Part shown: positions 38,978 through 51,269 of the stretch, piece after piece
Layout of the letters: every line of letters starts with the position of its first letter
How positions within the stretch are numbered: the first letter of the stretch is position 1
Assembly (NCBI GenBank): GCA_003427395.1
Contig: BFEA01000033.1
Location: 2,521,549-2,585,548, forward strand
DNA: 64,000 bases
Direction of reading: 5' to 3'
Source of the DNA: Chara braunii
Taxonomy: Eukaryota; Plantae; Charophyceae
Notes under the pieces: generated by a model
What the model was told of the DNA's origin: nothing
What the model saw: the letters and a program-made list of their open reading frames with translations, nothing else
Databases searched by the model: none
Translations under genes and position numbers: made by a program

Positions 38978-39300
38978 CTAGCCAGACCTCGGGTCATCGT
39001 TTTTTGGAGGAGCATGTGAATTCGGAATAAACCCAACATAATCCTTGTCAGGAAGGTTAGGCCATCGCATACACATTGCCTCCTCGAATTCCGCCAGCAA
39101 GTTTTGTCGCCAACTCAAGCTGTAAGGAGCTGCAAACTCCCTATACTCTTCGTATCTGTTTGTCGCCCCGCCTACGCGATCATCCCCCATGAGGGTGTGC
39201 AAAAACTGATCCATATTGTCCTCCTGTCCCACGTACGTAACCACGATTTCAACCAAGAATGTCGGATGCAGCCATACTGCCCGTATCTGGCCCGCATTTA
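38978..39300 (-). pseudogene. Kolobok accessory ORF (KolX; P2RX7 C-terminal-like domain), convergent with the transposase
   Basis: RAVWLHPTFL...NRYEEYREFAAPYSLSWRQNLLAEFEEAMCMRWPNLPDKDYVGF fits RYxAYRxF...RxxLP...IRxxFP...YxGF. Confidence 0.6.
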
Positions 39301-41439
39301 TGTGTGGAGGGGGAGGACCCGGGCGACGTGCCGCGGCGAGATCCTTACAATGTTCGGGAAGGAGCCCCTTGCTCCTCGTGCTTCACCGCCTTGCCCATGC
39401 AATACTCCTCTGCGTCTTACTCGATGGTCGCAATCCATGAAGTTGTCATCTTCGTCCCGACCAGTTCGAGGTCTAGGCTACTCCATGACGCTGTCGCAGG
39501 AATAATATTTGTAACAAATGAGGCGCAAGTTAGCGCCAATTCCAATAATAGGGAAGGAAATAACCCAAGAAATATTTGCCATTACAAACATTATATGACT
39601 CAGAGACGACAAGGCGCCAAAGACGGTGTCGTAGTGTGTTTCGAGGAGACGATATACAAAGGATACACAACGTCATACATTCGATCACAAGCGATCGACC
39701 GAAGAACAAGACTACTGAAGTAGTATGTAGTCGTCTTTGACATGAGCACTCAAAGGTGTTTCACGGCATGATCACGAATGTACATCTCACTCGTTAGTCG
39801 AAGGACTTGGTCCTCTTCGATGCTAGCAACAAAATGTTGTTGTTTCATCTTGTCCCTGTTTTTGTATTCGAAACCTTGTCAACTTCTTGTATGATAGGCA
39901 TCATTGACTCGTAATACTAAACAGTATTGTCGTTACGGAGTTTCGTGGAATGGTAACATTGGAAAACCAAAGGAGAGTACCACATGGTCGGGGGATGCGA
40001 CCCATGTCTCGATATCGCTGCAATTCATGAATGACAACAACGTAAGTGGATAACAAATTATTTATATAATGTAAAGGACAACGCCAAAGTGTGATTGCAT
40101 GCATAACGAACACAAGCGAGACGAGTTTTTTCGAGCCAAGCAGTGTGTATATTTCAATGAACAATATAATGTGGGGTCGGAACGCATACTCGAGGGATTC
40201 AAAAACAGGGTCGTTTGATTTTTTGTGTCTATGCTGTGAATCTGTGCCTTTTGAATGGGAGGACGCATCGACATATTTTTTTCGCTTGTTCACGTCGTTG
40301 AAATGTTCCTCGTCACAGCGAACGGCGTTGTGATGATCATTATGGCCAACACCGCGTGATGAAACTGAAGCACACGACCCATAATTGTCCTAGGATGCAC
40401 ACAGCGAGTTAGGCATTTGTGTTGTGCTTCCTGAAAGGGACGCTGCAGTGTTTGCGAACAAAAAAACAAGGTTGACTTTTATCCCGCCGTGGTTGTTGGC
40501 CGCAATAGAAAAGCATTAAATCAATGTAGCCAGGAGAATGGCATGACCCTTTGATTCTGCGGAGTGCAAATGCTGCTCACGGACGACACACAAAGCCTCC
40601 CGATCATCCAACGCTTTGTTCTTCTTCCTCAAGGATGATACCATTGATCGCATCCTGCAATAGGATGACGATAGAACTGCACGAGTGTTGTTCAGGTCGG
40701 TTATGACTTTCTCGATATTTTGTTCAATTCTATCGAGGTTTCTACGGGCTTCATCCTCATGTGATTGTAATTCGTCATGACTATCCGGTATGGGTGGCAT
40801 TGATCGGCGCATGTGGTCGTAGAGCGATACCTTTTGTCATCTTTCGCGAGGTTTTATGACGTGCCTCGAGAAGGGGGAACTTTATCTGTGAAAACAGAGA
40901 AGACGAAAGACTCATGTGAACACAGTACGCATGGGAGTGAAGATGGCATTGACTACCAATCATCATGGACCCATTGAACGGTAAATGGATCAATGTATCG
41001 GTGGATGGTCGGATGGTCGTCGTACAAGATGAAAGGAAATGTGCACATGAGCAGACTGGAGGGCGTGCGATCGGATTCGACGGACAAATGGTTCGATGGA
41101 CACATGAACTTACGGACGTGAGGATCGACGGACTTCCAAGTACATGCATTGTGGGAAGGAAGGACATGCTACAAGACGAATGGTTGGAAGGATGAACGTG
41201 GTACAATATGGCTGGTTGCAAGGAAGCGGATGCGATTGGATGTGAGGACGGTCCAAGGAGGCCATATGTGGGTTGTATAGACTGACCTCATGCAAAGTCC
41301 ATGTACATTCACACCGCCCTCACAAAGACAGTCTATGATCGACCCATAGTTTGTTTGTTTTTTTTCTTTCTAAAATGATAGTTGTTGCAAGGGTGTATGT
41401 ATATATATATATATATACATATATACATATACATATATA

Positions 41440-41880
41440 AACGTTTACCATCCCATACGTACGGAGGTTCACGGAGATTTGGCTCAGCCCAAAAAAAATG
41501 AAAATTTTGTAAATTTCCAGGGCATTTGGTTGTGTCAAAAAAAAATGAAAAAATGGCAAAGACAGCGTGTCGAAAACGTACCCATTCACTCACTAATTTC
41601 AATTCTATTTTTATTTTTATTTTTTTTAAGTTTTTATTTTTTTTTGGCTTTTAATTTTATTTCATATTTGGTAAGGAGTTTGGATGTAATGCTCTGGCAA
41701 ATGTTGTTTGTTTTATTTCTTTTCATAACATTATTTTTTTCACTTGTTTTTTTTTTTAATTTAATTTTATGTTTTTTTGGTCAACGTTCGGCCCGAAAGA
41801 TCGAAAGCATCCCAATGCGGGCCAACGTGGTCCCGTACGTTCGGGCGTTCGGGTTCGAGCGATGGGGTCGTCCTACTATA
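41440..41880. mobile_element. Degenerate copy of the (TA)n-associated TIR element family
   Basis: Shares TACGTACGGAGG, CGTTCGGGCGTTCGG and internal AT-rich blocks with 51270-52625; starts at a TA run. Confidence 0.55.
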
Positions 41881-41993
41881 AACAGTTTGTCACAGCCCCT
41901 CGTTTGTTGTCCTCTTCTCCCTCTCTGCCTACGGTTTACCGGGCAGTTCTATTTGACGATATATATAAAATGTATAATATATATATATATATA

Positions 41994-42729
41994 CAAGGTT
42001 GCCGGCGTTCAGGACGGGCTGAACACCCGAACATACGGGACCCCTTCGAAAGGCGCTCGGCCGTTCGGGCCGAACGCGGACAAAAAAAAAAAAAAAAAAA
42101 GGTTTTCAAAAAATTCCAAAAAACAAAAATGTTATGGAGAAAAATAAAAAAAACAACATTTGCCTGGGCACTACATCCAAATTCTTTACCAATTTGCAAT
42201 TAAAAATCAAATACAGAACATAAACACTATGATAAAAATAAGAAAAAATAAAAAAAGGAATTAAAATGAGTGAGTGTGCCAGCACCTTTTCAACACCGCC
42301 ATCTTTGCCGATTGTTAATTATTTTTTGGCATTAACAAATGCCCTGAAAATTTACAGATATGTAGTTTACATAATTAGTAATTAAAAAAAAAATAAAAAA
42401 TAATAAATTTTTTTAGGCCCTAAATAAAGTGAAAACAAAAAGTTAAAAGTGAAAAAAAAACAAAATAGTAAGTGGGCGAACACGTTTTGACAACCCCATC
42501 TTTGACGATTTTTAATATTTTTCTGGCTTAGCAGAATAACTTCAAAATTTATAGGCGTGTAGGTTACATCATAGTAAACTCGCAAAAAAAAATTCAGAAA
42601 AACAAAACTTATTTTTAGGCCCCGAAAATTATTTTGGCGGGGGCCGAACCTGGAGGTGTTCGGCCCCCGAACGCCCGAATGTTCGGGGGCCAGCCCGGGG
42701 TCCCCCGAACGTTCGATCAGGTAACCATA
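41994..42729. mobile_element. TIR element with hAT-like termini embedded in (TA)n
   Basis: (TA)n|CAAGGTTGCC ... GGTAACCAT|(TA)n, with CCGAAC/GTTCGG subterminal motifs. Confidence 0.7.
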
Positions 42730-42992
42730 TATATATATATATATATATGCTGTGCCTCTAGTGCCAGCGGCGTGTCTGGAGTGTATTTTTTGGCTGTGAC
42801 AGACCTTTCTTTGTTTCGTGGNNNNNNNNNNNNNNNNNNNNNNNNNNNNNNNNNNNNNNNNNNNNNNNNNNNNNNNNNNNNNNNNNNNNNNNNNNNNNNN
42901 NNNNNNNNNNNNNNNNNNNNNNNNNNNNNNNNNNNNTTTGTTGTCCTCTTCTCCCTCTCTGCCTACGGTTTACCGGGCAGTTCTATTTGACG

Positions 42993-43029
<37 letters not shown>

Positions 43030-43189
43030 ACCACTCATTTGTTCTCCTTTTCTACCTGTCTGGCCCCAATACATGAGGGACATGTTTGCTTGCATGTTGG
43101 ATTTGTCACACTTTGAATCGGAGCGCAAAGACGGAAAATGACAAAACAGAAAAAGAACAGAAGTAAGAAACGAAAAACGTTGAAAAAAA

Positions 43190-43412
43190 CATTATCGCGC
43201 CGGCCCGTAAAGCAATAATGAAAAACAAAATGTAGAAGTGTTTTTTTTTAATATATAAACATGGTAAAGAATTTCGAGGTGACCCTGAGGCACTGGGGCT
43301 TGAGTTTCCTTTTCTGCGTAACATAGTTTTGTTTCTGTTATTTTTCGTATTTTGATTCAATTTGTAATTTGGCCTAGGGTTTCCGTGGTCCTTGCACGGT
43401 CGACTCTTTCAG
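43190..43412. mobile_element. Left part of the host repeat interrupted by LTR copy B; continues at 51201-51240
   Basis: GTGACCCTGAGGCA...CTGCGTAACATAG matches about 63732-63780; TCCGTGGTCCTTGCACGGTCG matches the reverse complement of about 63545-63565. Confidence 0.7.
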
Positions 43413-44193
43413 TGTCGGGACAAAAACCCTGACAAGGGTATCTGCCCTGTATTTTCAATGTCGGACGATGTCCGAATTCTAAAGTAAGTTTTGTTTTGAA
43501 AAGATTCGGTTTGATGAAATGAAAACGTTGTTGGAAGGTATTTCGACTTGTTCGCAATTGAAGAAATTTAATTTATGTAGTCGTTTATTTGCTGATAGAC
43601 ATAACAACAAGGGTAGACGGTATAGCGTGACACTCTTACGTTGAAATAAGGTCGAAAAAGAGAGACGGCGGCAAAAACATTAAAATAAATTAAGTCGCGG
43701 GATTCAGGACTAAAAAGATAAAAAATTAGCCGCACCAGGAGCGACATCGGATGAAAGGACTAACACGACCAGAAGTGTCGTGTCATTCCTAAAGGAAACG
43801 GACCGTCAAGGATCCGAGGGCAAACCTATGACTAAAGGGGGATTGTTGTGCCTACGAGATCAAGCCTAGCCGGCAAGATGGTGTGGCGACTACCTTGGGA
43901 AGGGGTAGGCAGGCTGCATCTACCCAGATCAGAGGAAGGCAGGACTGGGCCTGCCTAAGCTAGGAAATAGGCGGCCTACTGGGCCGGATGACAGACATAG
44001 CTCCCGCTATAGGAGCTAGCCAGTAGGTACCACATTCGAACTTTCACCCAGCAGACGCCGGGATCGAGCCGTACGAGGCACTACCTGGGTTAGCTCCTTT
44101 TTGGAGCTGCCCATCTTATAAACAGAAAAGTGCGGTCATTTTCGGTCGCAAGATCATCGGATCTCATGGCCAAAAATGGCCGCGCTGGTACAA

Positions 44194-44248
44194 CATGACC
44201 CGACACAAGGATGACATTCATAAATCGAGAAATGACCAATTTTTTTTC
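44194..44248 (+). pseudogene. U6: U6 snRNA 3' segment with oligo-T
   Basis: CAAGGATGACATTCATAAATCGAGAAATGACCAATTTTTTTT versus plant U6 CAAGGATGACACGCATAAATCGAGAAATGGTCCAAATTTT. Confidence 0.85.
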
Positions 44249-44358
44249 GATTCCCCAACAGGAATCGAGCTTGGGTCTGCTCATCAGAAAGAGGAGGGGA
44301 GGTGCCAACAAGGAACAACACGTGCAACCGTGGCCGTTGGTCTATGTCAATGACACTT

Positions 44359-44445
<87 letters not shown>

Positions 44446-44453
44446 AAAAAAAA

Positions 44454-44506
<53 letters not shown>

Positions 44507-45562
44507 AAAGGAGAAAACACGAACGGCGCCAGATGGCGCACCAAGAAGAACAGGGACTTACAGTCCCTGAAAAGCAGGCGCTATTTTCAACAATCTGAGA
44601 TCGTTTTCGATTTTGTTTTCCTCTTCTTTTATATTTTTTTTCTTTTTATATTATTTTTTCTTTTTTTTTTATTATTCCTCTTCGTTTTCTCTTTCCCCAT
44701 TCGTGACCGTTGAGGCACGGCCAGCAAGGAAAACGAGGAAGGGTTGAAAACAAAATAAACTAAAAACAAAACGAGGTTGTTGCCTCAAGGTTGGAAAGAA
44801 TAGCCTTTTCGGTTGTGTGGGGGCACAACAACGCTCTCACTTCATTCTGGGTCGAATATTTTCGATCCTGGGATCTTTGATCCCACAGCCTGTGAAGACG
44901 CGCGTGAAGGTGGAGGTTGAAGAGGTTGAGAGAGGGGGAACATGGGAGTTGGGAGGAGGAGGTCCTAATCCTTCCAACCTGCCAACTGCCCTCCCTGTTT
45001 TTAGGGGAAGGGCAGAGGGAAATAAGGAAGGGGTTGTCGTATGCAACATCATGCACTTGGCTGAGGTATGGACCAGGTGTAATATAGTTAGGATTAGTTT
45101 TATTTGTATTTTTCTTTTAGTTTATTTTCTTTATTTATGTGAGGACACGTGTCCTCACGTAGTGCTATTAACTGCCAGGCTCCCGTTTTTAGAGGGAGCC
45201 TAAAATTTGAGGGGTCATGAAGGGAAAAGACTAAGTACAACCTTTTCCCCGATGTATCTGCCTTGGAAAAAAGGTCCAGGTACATCAAACTGAAAGGGTT
45301 GTATCTCTCCAACCCCTTATCAGAAAAATAAAAGAAAAACACTTTTTGGAAATTGCAAAAGTCCAACTACCTCGTGAAATTCCGAGATAGCTGGGAAAAA
45401 GAAAAAAAAAAGAAAATGAGGGCAGTTAAAGAAGCTGCCCTCACTAAGGTTGTGCGTGTGGTGCGGCCATAGTTAGCCATGGATCTTGGTCAGATCAAGG
45501 GCTCACGGTAAGACCGCGATTTTGCCTGGGGGCTGGAGTGACATCCAACCCTCCTCAACCAC

Positions 45563-45569
45563 TATAAAA
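45563..45569 (+). promoter_or_regulatory. Candidate TATA box of LTR copy B
   Basis: TATAAAA at the position homologous to 5420. Confidence 0.5.
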
Positions 45570-47821
45570 CAGGCAACTGTCCCCAACTTCCACACAAAGC
45601 ACTCCTGCTGCCAGTGTGTGACGAGCACACTTGAGTGTTGCTAGGCTACTGGAGATGCTGCCTGAGGCAACGTGGGAGGAGGCTGGAGGTCTGCAGAGGA
45701 GCGCGAGGAGAGGAGTTGGGCAGTCATAGCCAAGGCAGGAAGCACTCTGCTCCCCTTCCCTCTCTCTGGTGCTGGTTCCACGGGACTGACCGAGGGACGT
45801 TGCGGGACTACGACGGTACGACACTATGAGATTTGGGCCTGGGGCGAAAATTTTATTAATTTTGGTCAACCATTTTTTCCACTTTAGTCCGAAAATGTTG
45901 CCAAAATTTTACAGCAGCGGGTAAGCGGAGGCAAGGCTGTTGACAATGGTACCGGCGGATCAGACCTGTTGCAAGCCTTTTTTTTTTTTTTACTCGCGTA
46001 GGGAGGTGCTGGTGAAATTTTACGGCAATGAGTGGCGGGCGGCTAGGCTGTTGGCGGCGGCACCAGGCTGAACAAATTTGCGGCAAGTTATTTTCCCCAT
46101 TTCTTTGGAAAAGAGCTGCATTTTTTTTTTTTTAATGCCAATGGTAATAATTTTGGCGGCGTTATGCTACCGAAATTCAAGGTTGTCAGGATAAACCAAG
46201 TGAAAGGGAAGTGCTGACCATCGACGGCGACGACAGTAATTACTGCTCTTGAGTGAAAAACAGTGGGAAAGTGACATTTATTTTTTTTGTTACAGCAAAA
46301 GGCGAAACGTTGTGCATTGTCCAAGTAGGGACGAGTGGGACCGGTGAGACACGTGAGTGGAACAAGCAGTACCGGCAAAAGGGAGAGTGGTCCTTTATTT
46401 TTTTTTAGAACCAGGGGAGACTGTTTTGATAAGCGACATCATATGGAAGTGAAAAAGGAAGACGTGGGACTGCCTGGAACTACTTGGCACTAGTGGGCAT
46501 CACCGCGAACCACTCTGTACCAGTTGGTACTAACGCGGACCACTTGGTATTACTTGGCACAGGTGTGGGACGCCTGGAACTAGTTGGGACTCGTGGGACT
46601 TACCGTCTTCGTGTTTGGGACTGCCGCAAGAAGTATTCATGAGTCGGGTGTTGAGCGGGACTTACGTGCGCAGTTTATACCCAAGGTAGTAGTTTCCTCG
46701 ACGAGGCGCGTAGGTTACTTGAGTTCTTTTACTTGAAAGAGGTCTCAGTCGAACTTTCGTTAGTCAAGGTTAGTGGTTGGCATGGATCCCTCGCACCTGT
46801 GTGTACCCTCACGATGTATGACCCTTCTCTTTTTCTTTTGGATGCTCAGAGAAAAGCTGAAAGGAAAGAAAGTGTGATGGGGCATGCTTGTGTGAGACTT
46901 TGGGTCTGACTTGGGTTATACTTTCGTGATTAAACTCGTTGAATGTTGACTTTGCTTTGCATGCAGGTGTGTGAAAAGGGAAAAGTACTGATAAGGAAAA
47001 TTCCAGTTTTACTTATTGAAATTGTGAAAACGTTGAATGTTTCTTCTATCTTTTCTCTGTGATGTCTTCACTTGTCTCATAAAGTAACACTCGAACTATG
47101 GATGGGAAAAGTAACCGGGGTCGAAAAAAGAATTCGGAATATAAAGGAAAGGGAATGAAGGAACTTAGTTATCCCTGAGGTTCCCTTTCTATCTCGAATG
47201 ACTCTCTCGACCTACTCCCCGTCCAAACAAGTCTTCACTATATCTCCTTCCTTCTCTGCATTTCTGATTCGTCTAAGTTGTTTCCCTCGTATTGAGGTCC
47301 AGGGTAGTCGATCTGATTCTGAGTATGAGGGCTCCCTCTTTCTAGGAGGAAATTCGGGGAAAAGGTTGTTGCTTTAGGAGCCGACCCTGTTACGGATCCG
47401 GAGTGGATCGTTTTTACGGGGGAGTACTTTGCCGATTCGGTGGAGACGGCCCCACTATTGAGATCCGAGCTTTTGGCTCGGGTGAGGACGAGCAGTACTC
47501 CAGACCACCTCCTAAAAATTGGGACGCGTGACGGTAAGGAATCGAAATTGATTTTTCCCTGTACCTTTATACAGGGAAAATACTAAAAATTAATACCCTT
47601 CTCAGTTGCCACCTTACGTGTCACTAACGTATGGAGAACTGGTGTTAAAAGAAGCCCAACTCATGTACTTACTAGTGCCAGAAAGAGTGCCAATAGGCAC
47701 AACTTTTCGTGGTCGGACCGTGGCATATGAATCATGGTCTAAAAAAGGGGACATAGGTAAAATAATAATATAAATAAATTTTATTTTTTTATTTTGACAA
47801 AGTGATTATTCTGTCATCTAG

Positions 47822-50130
47822 ATGTCTACGAGAGCGGTTATCATTCAGTTATTCTGTACGCATGAAGCAGCAATGAACTGGATAACAGTGCCGACACGAT
47901 CCCGTGCGGGCATGATGCAGGAAGAACGTCTAGTCTACAAACTGCACGAAGATTTTTCGGAATAGGATGAACCGCGATTTTGGGACGGAAGTTTGATAAA
48001 TCCTCCACGAAGTTATGTTTTTAGGGCAGAACGTAAACTTTTCATGGTGCGATATGATTTCATATCCCCTTTTCCGATACGAGATTTTAAGGATATGAAT
48101 TTCGTCGTAGTTTATGAAGCGAATCCCAATAAGGAGGACGCTGCGGAGGTTAGAAGAATGTTCCTTGGTATTTTGTTGAACGACTGACAAGGTCCTTTCC
48201 GTTTGCTTTATCATGTGAGGCGGATCCAGGCCAACAGGTTTGATATCCTTGACTCTTAACGGTTTTCGATTGACGCAATCGATGATAAGGAATACGAAAT
48301 CGGGGAACATCTACGTGATTGACGTTTTGTATAATTAATAACTGGTCAATGAAAGGAAGTTAGAAAAATAAATATTCAAGGAAATTTTGTTATGTTTCTC
48401 ATAAAAAACTACTCGTGTTCTTTTCTCCAGATGCGTACGGTAACCGCCATCATCATGTTATTTTCAAACAGGGAGGTTGCCGCAAGATACATAGTTCAAG
48501 CAGGAAGGCGAGGTGTAATTTTAGAGCAAATCGGTCGAATGGTCTACAACCTGATCGTCGTGTTTCCTCCATGACGAGAATTGAGGACTAATCACGGCAT
48601 GGTAAGGACCTCACCATGAACTTTCTTGTTTATCACCTCCACTTACCAACAAATTTTCGAACCGAACTTTGTTCGAATTCGACGGTCGGGCCAGGATAAC
48701 CTGCGCATAGTATTTGGGTACGAGGATAATGAGTTGCATGTCTATTTCCATCATGAGATAAGATGAATATATTTGAGACTCGTTCTGTATTACAATGCCC
48801 TCGTAGGTCGTTTTGATGAGATCGAGTTCATAGAGCGAATTCGAGTCAATTGCTTTGAAGATTCATGAAGAGAAAGGTTTGACATAACCACCTATTGTAA
48901 CCGACTGAGTTATTTGTGACGACTCCTTGGTGCATAAAATAAATCAGTTGTATAAAAAAATAAAAACAACTCACAATACTTTGGCCGAGTTGCTACCATT
49001 TCTGACGAAAGTTTGGTCGAATTTTACAAATGATGTGTGAAACAGTGATAGTAACTCTCTTTCACACACGTGAGGAGGCAAGTGAATGGATATCAAGCAC
49101 TGAAGACAATGGGATTGGCTTGATGTAGACAGGACGGCTAGTATACAATCCATCTGTCGTATTTTCCGAAAGCCCGAAAGGGACAAACCACGATTCTTGC
49201 GATGAAACTTGAGGCGTCCTTCAAGAAGTTACTTAAGTAGTACTACCTATGGATGAGACATTGTTCGATATGGGTTTGCCCCTCGATGAAACTTTGATGG
49301 TGCATATTTGATGGTTCGGCACAGCGAAGGATCGGGGCGATACGTTGAAAATATTCCTGAAGTGAAATGGTCCTTCTTAATTATTCTGCTACGTTTCAAC
49401 GCGCTGCATGGACCCTTCGATTATGTTCATCATTATCATCGGACTCCAAATGACAGATTTCGACGCTTTAGACGGATCGTTTTCTCTGTGGCAGAGTTCG
49501 AGCGTGAGGAACGCCGATTGTTTTCGTTGATCAACTCTTAATTGTGGTTCTCTTTTTGAGCAAATGGACGGCGATCGACGAGATCTTACCATGGCGAGAT
49601 ATCTTCTTGTTCGTAACACACACGAGGATGATCTAATCAGAGGAGCAAAGCGACTTTTGCGGGTTCGGGATGACACTCCTACCCAGAGGATCGGTTTCAT
49701 CGGGCTACTGCGAAACGACGAGCGGTTTTTCCCTAACACTCGCGCGGATTTTCGGGCCAATACAACTCTAACTCCTGAGGAGTTTTATGGATATATGTTG
49801 TATTTCCACCGCGCAAGTAACCTCCAATGTCTCTCTCAAGTCATTGCGAGCATTAAGATTACCTCATCCGGTTGACGTTTCGACGTCGTTCGGATCCGAG
49901 ATACAGAAACCTGACACTTATTTGGATTGAGTCGGCCTCTTCGATTCATAGTGTGGAGACTAGCCTCATGGATGACCTCCCTCTATGGTACTCGAATAGT
50001 TAGAGTTATGTGAGGTGTACGGATGGCGACCCTGGTATTCGACGACGACGAACTTGCGTGATTGGATTTGTTGGACGCTCAGGTGTGCGAGGACGACATA
50101 TTTACCAGGGTTAAACATCGTCTTTTGTAA
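47822..50130 (+). pseudogene. Decayed ORF cluster of an unrecognised family inside LTR copy B (domains A, C, A', B)
   Basis: RLVYKLHEDFSE*DEPRFWDGSLINPPRSY...QGPFRLLYH...IQANRF (47822-48330); second A copy RLVYNPS...DKPRF...PSRSY...HGPF (about 49130-49530); DLTMARYLLVR...FFPNTR...LYFHRA...SRPLRFIVWRLA (49564-50130). Confidence 0.7.
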
Positions 50131-51269
50131 ACTTTACTTGATTCCGGAAAAATGCCTCGCATAGACTAGTCCCGTCGAGGAAGCCATATGACTTACAGTT
50201 TCACGAGGTAATCTCAAAAACAAAACCAAAAACACTCCATGTGCATAGGGTCGTCGGATGGATAGTATTCGCCTTGGCATTGAGGGGTAAATACATAAAA
50301 ACGGAAAAGTAAACAAATACGTTTCATCGTTTTGAAGTTACCTTTAAACTTTTTTTTTTTTGCAGGAAACAAATAGGGCAAACTTAAAATTACAGGGCAA
50401 CTTGAAACGCGACCCTGAAATGAGACATAAAAATGTCTGACTATAAACGTGAATTTAAAGGATTGAAGGAATTTTTCTCTATACGTTTTCAACAAAAAAA
50501 GTTTTTGGTTTTTTTGAGACTACATCAACGACAAGAAGGAATTACTCGAGCATGATCTTTTCATCAAACGAAATCAATCATATTAAATATTGTGTTGAGT
50601 TTTCACAACTGTGATTATTGAGATGATTGACTGAAAGGATGATTTTTTATATATATGTATTGCGTTATTAAGGATATACGTGACTTTGCCTTGATTGATA
50701 CTTTTTACGTGTATGTATGGGACTAGGATGAAAGTCGTGGTTTCCACGCTTGATTTAGACCGCCCTAGTCGACCGGTGTGTGCTTCATCCTTAGGAGATC
50801 AGCGCCCTAAGTAACGAACGACGTCTGGGTTCAGTAGGCGTTTTAATCGCGTGTACCTATACTACAGCGAGCGAGCAAAAGCCCTCGGCTGACTCACCTT
50901 TGCGATTGCATGTAAAAACGTTCGCACGTGGGTCAGTGGCTTGGTGGGATACGCCACTAAGGGTGATGACAATCCCTTAAGGAATAAGGTTTATGCCCCG
51001 TGGAAACCTATCCTGTTGTAGGGGGCCGCGGGATGTACGGTTGGCGCACCCGGCTAGAGCGGCGAAGGGACGACGCGACCTCGAAGGTCTCGGTGACTCG
51101 TGGGATTATTTATGCATCGTCCCCAAGTTGTCTCTTTGTTTTGCTTTTGTTCAACTCCCGCCTCTTCGTGAGAAAAAGGCGGGGGCGGATGCGCTCGACA
51201 CCGGTAGAACAGGGTCACCTGGGCGAACTGGCTGGTAGCATAACACACATACACACGCACATATATATA

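Larger units (their letters stand above)
43413..51200 (+). mobile_element. Putative giant solo LTR (copy B, 7788 bp)
   Basis: TGTCGGG...CTCGACA termini, flanked by TCAG and CCGG. The flanks rejoin into the sequence seen uninterrupted at 63499-63572 (reverse complement). No gag or pol recognisable inside. Confidence 0.75.

Noticed and set aside
43413-44205. Short LTR TGTCGGG...CCCGACA
   Set aside because: No TSD, CCCGACA falls inside the U6-like segment, and the empty-site comparison places the end at 51200.
44533-44560. TGGCGC...GAACAGGGAC resembling a tRNA-Lys primer binding site
   Set aside because: It is interrupted by extra bases and lies inside the unit bounded by 43413-51200, not just after an LTR end.
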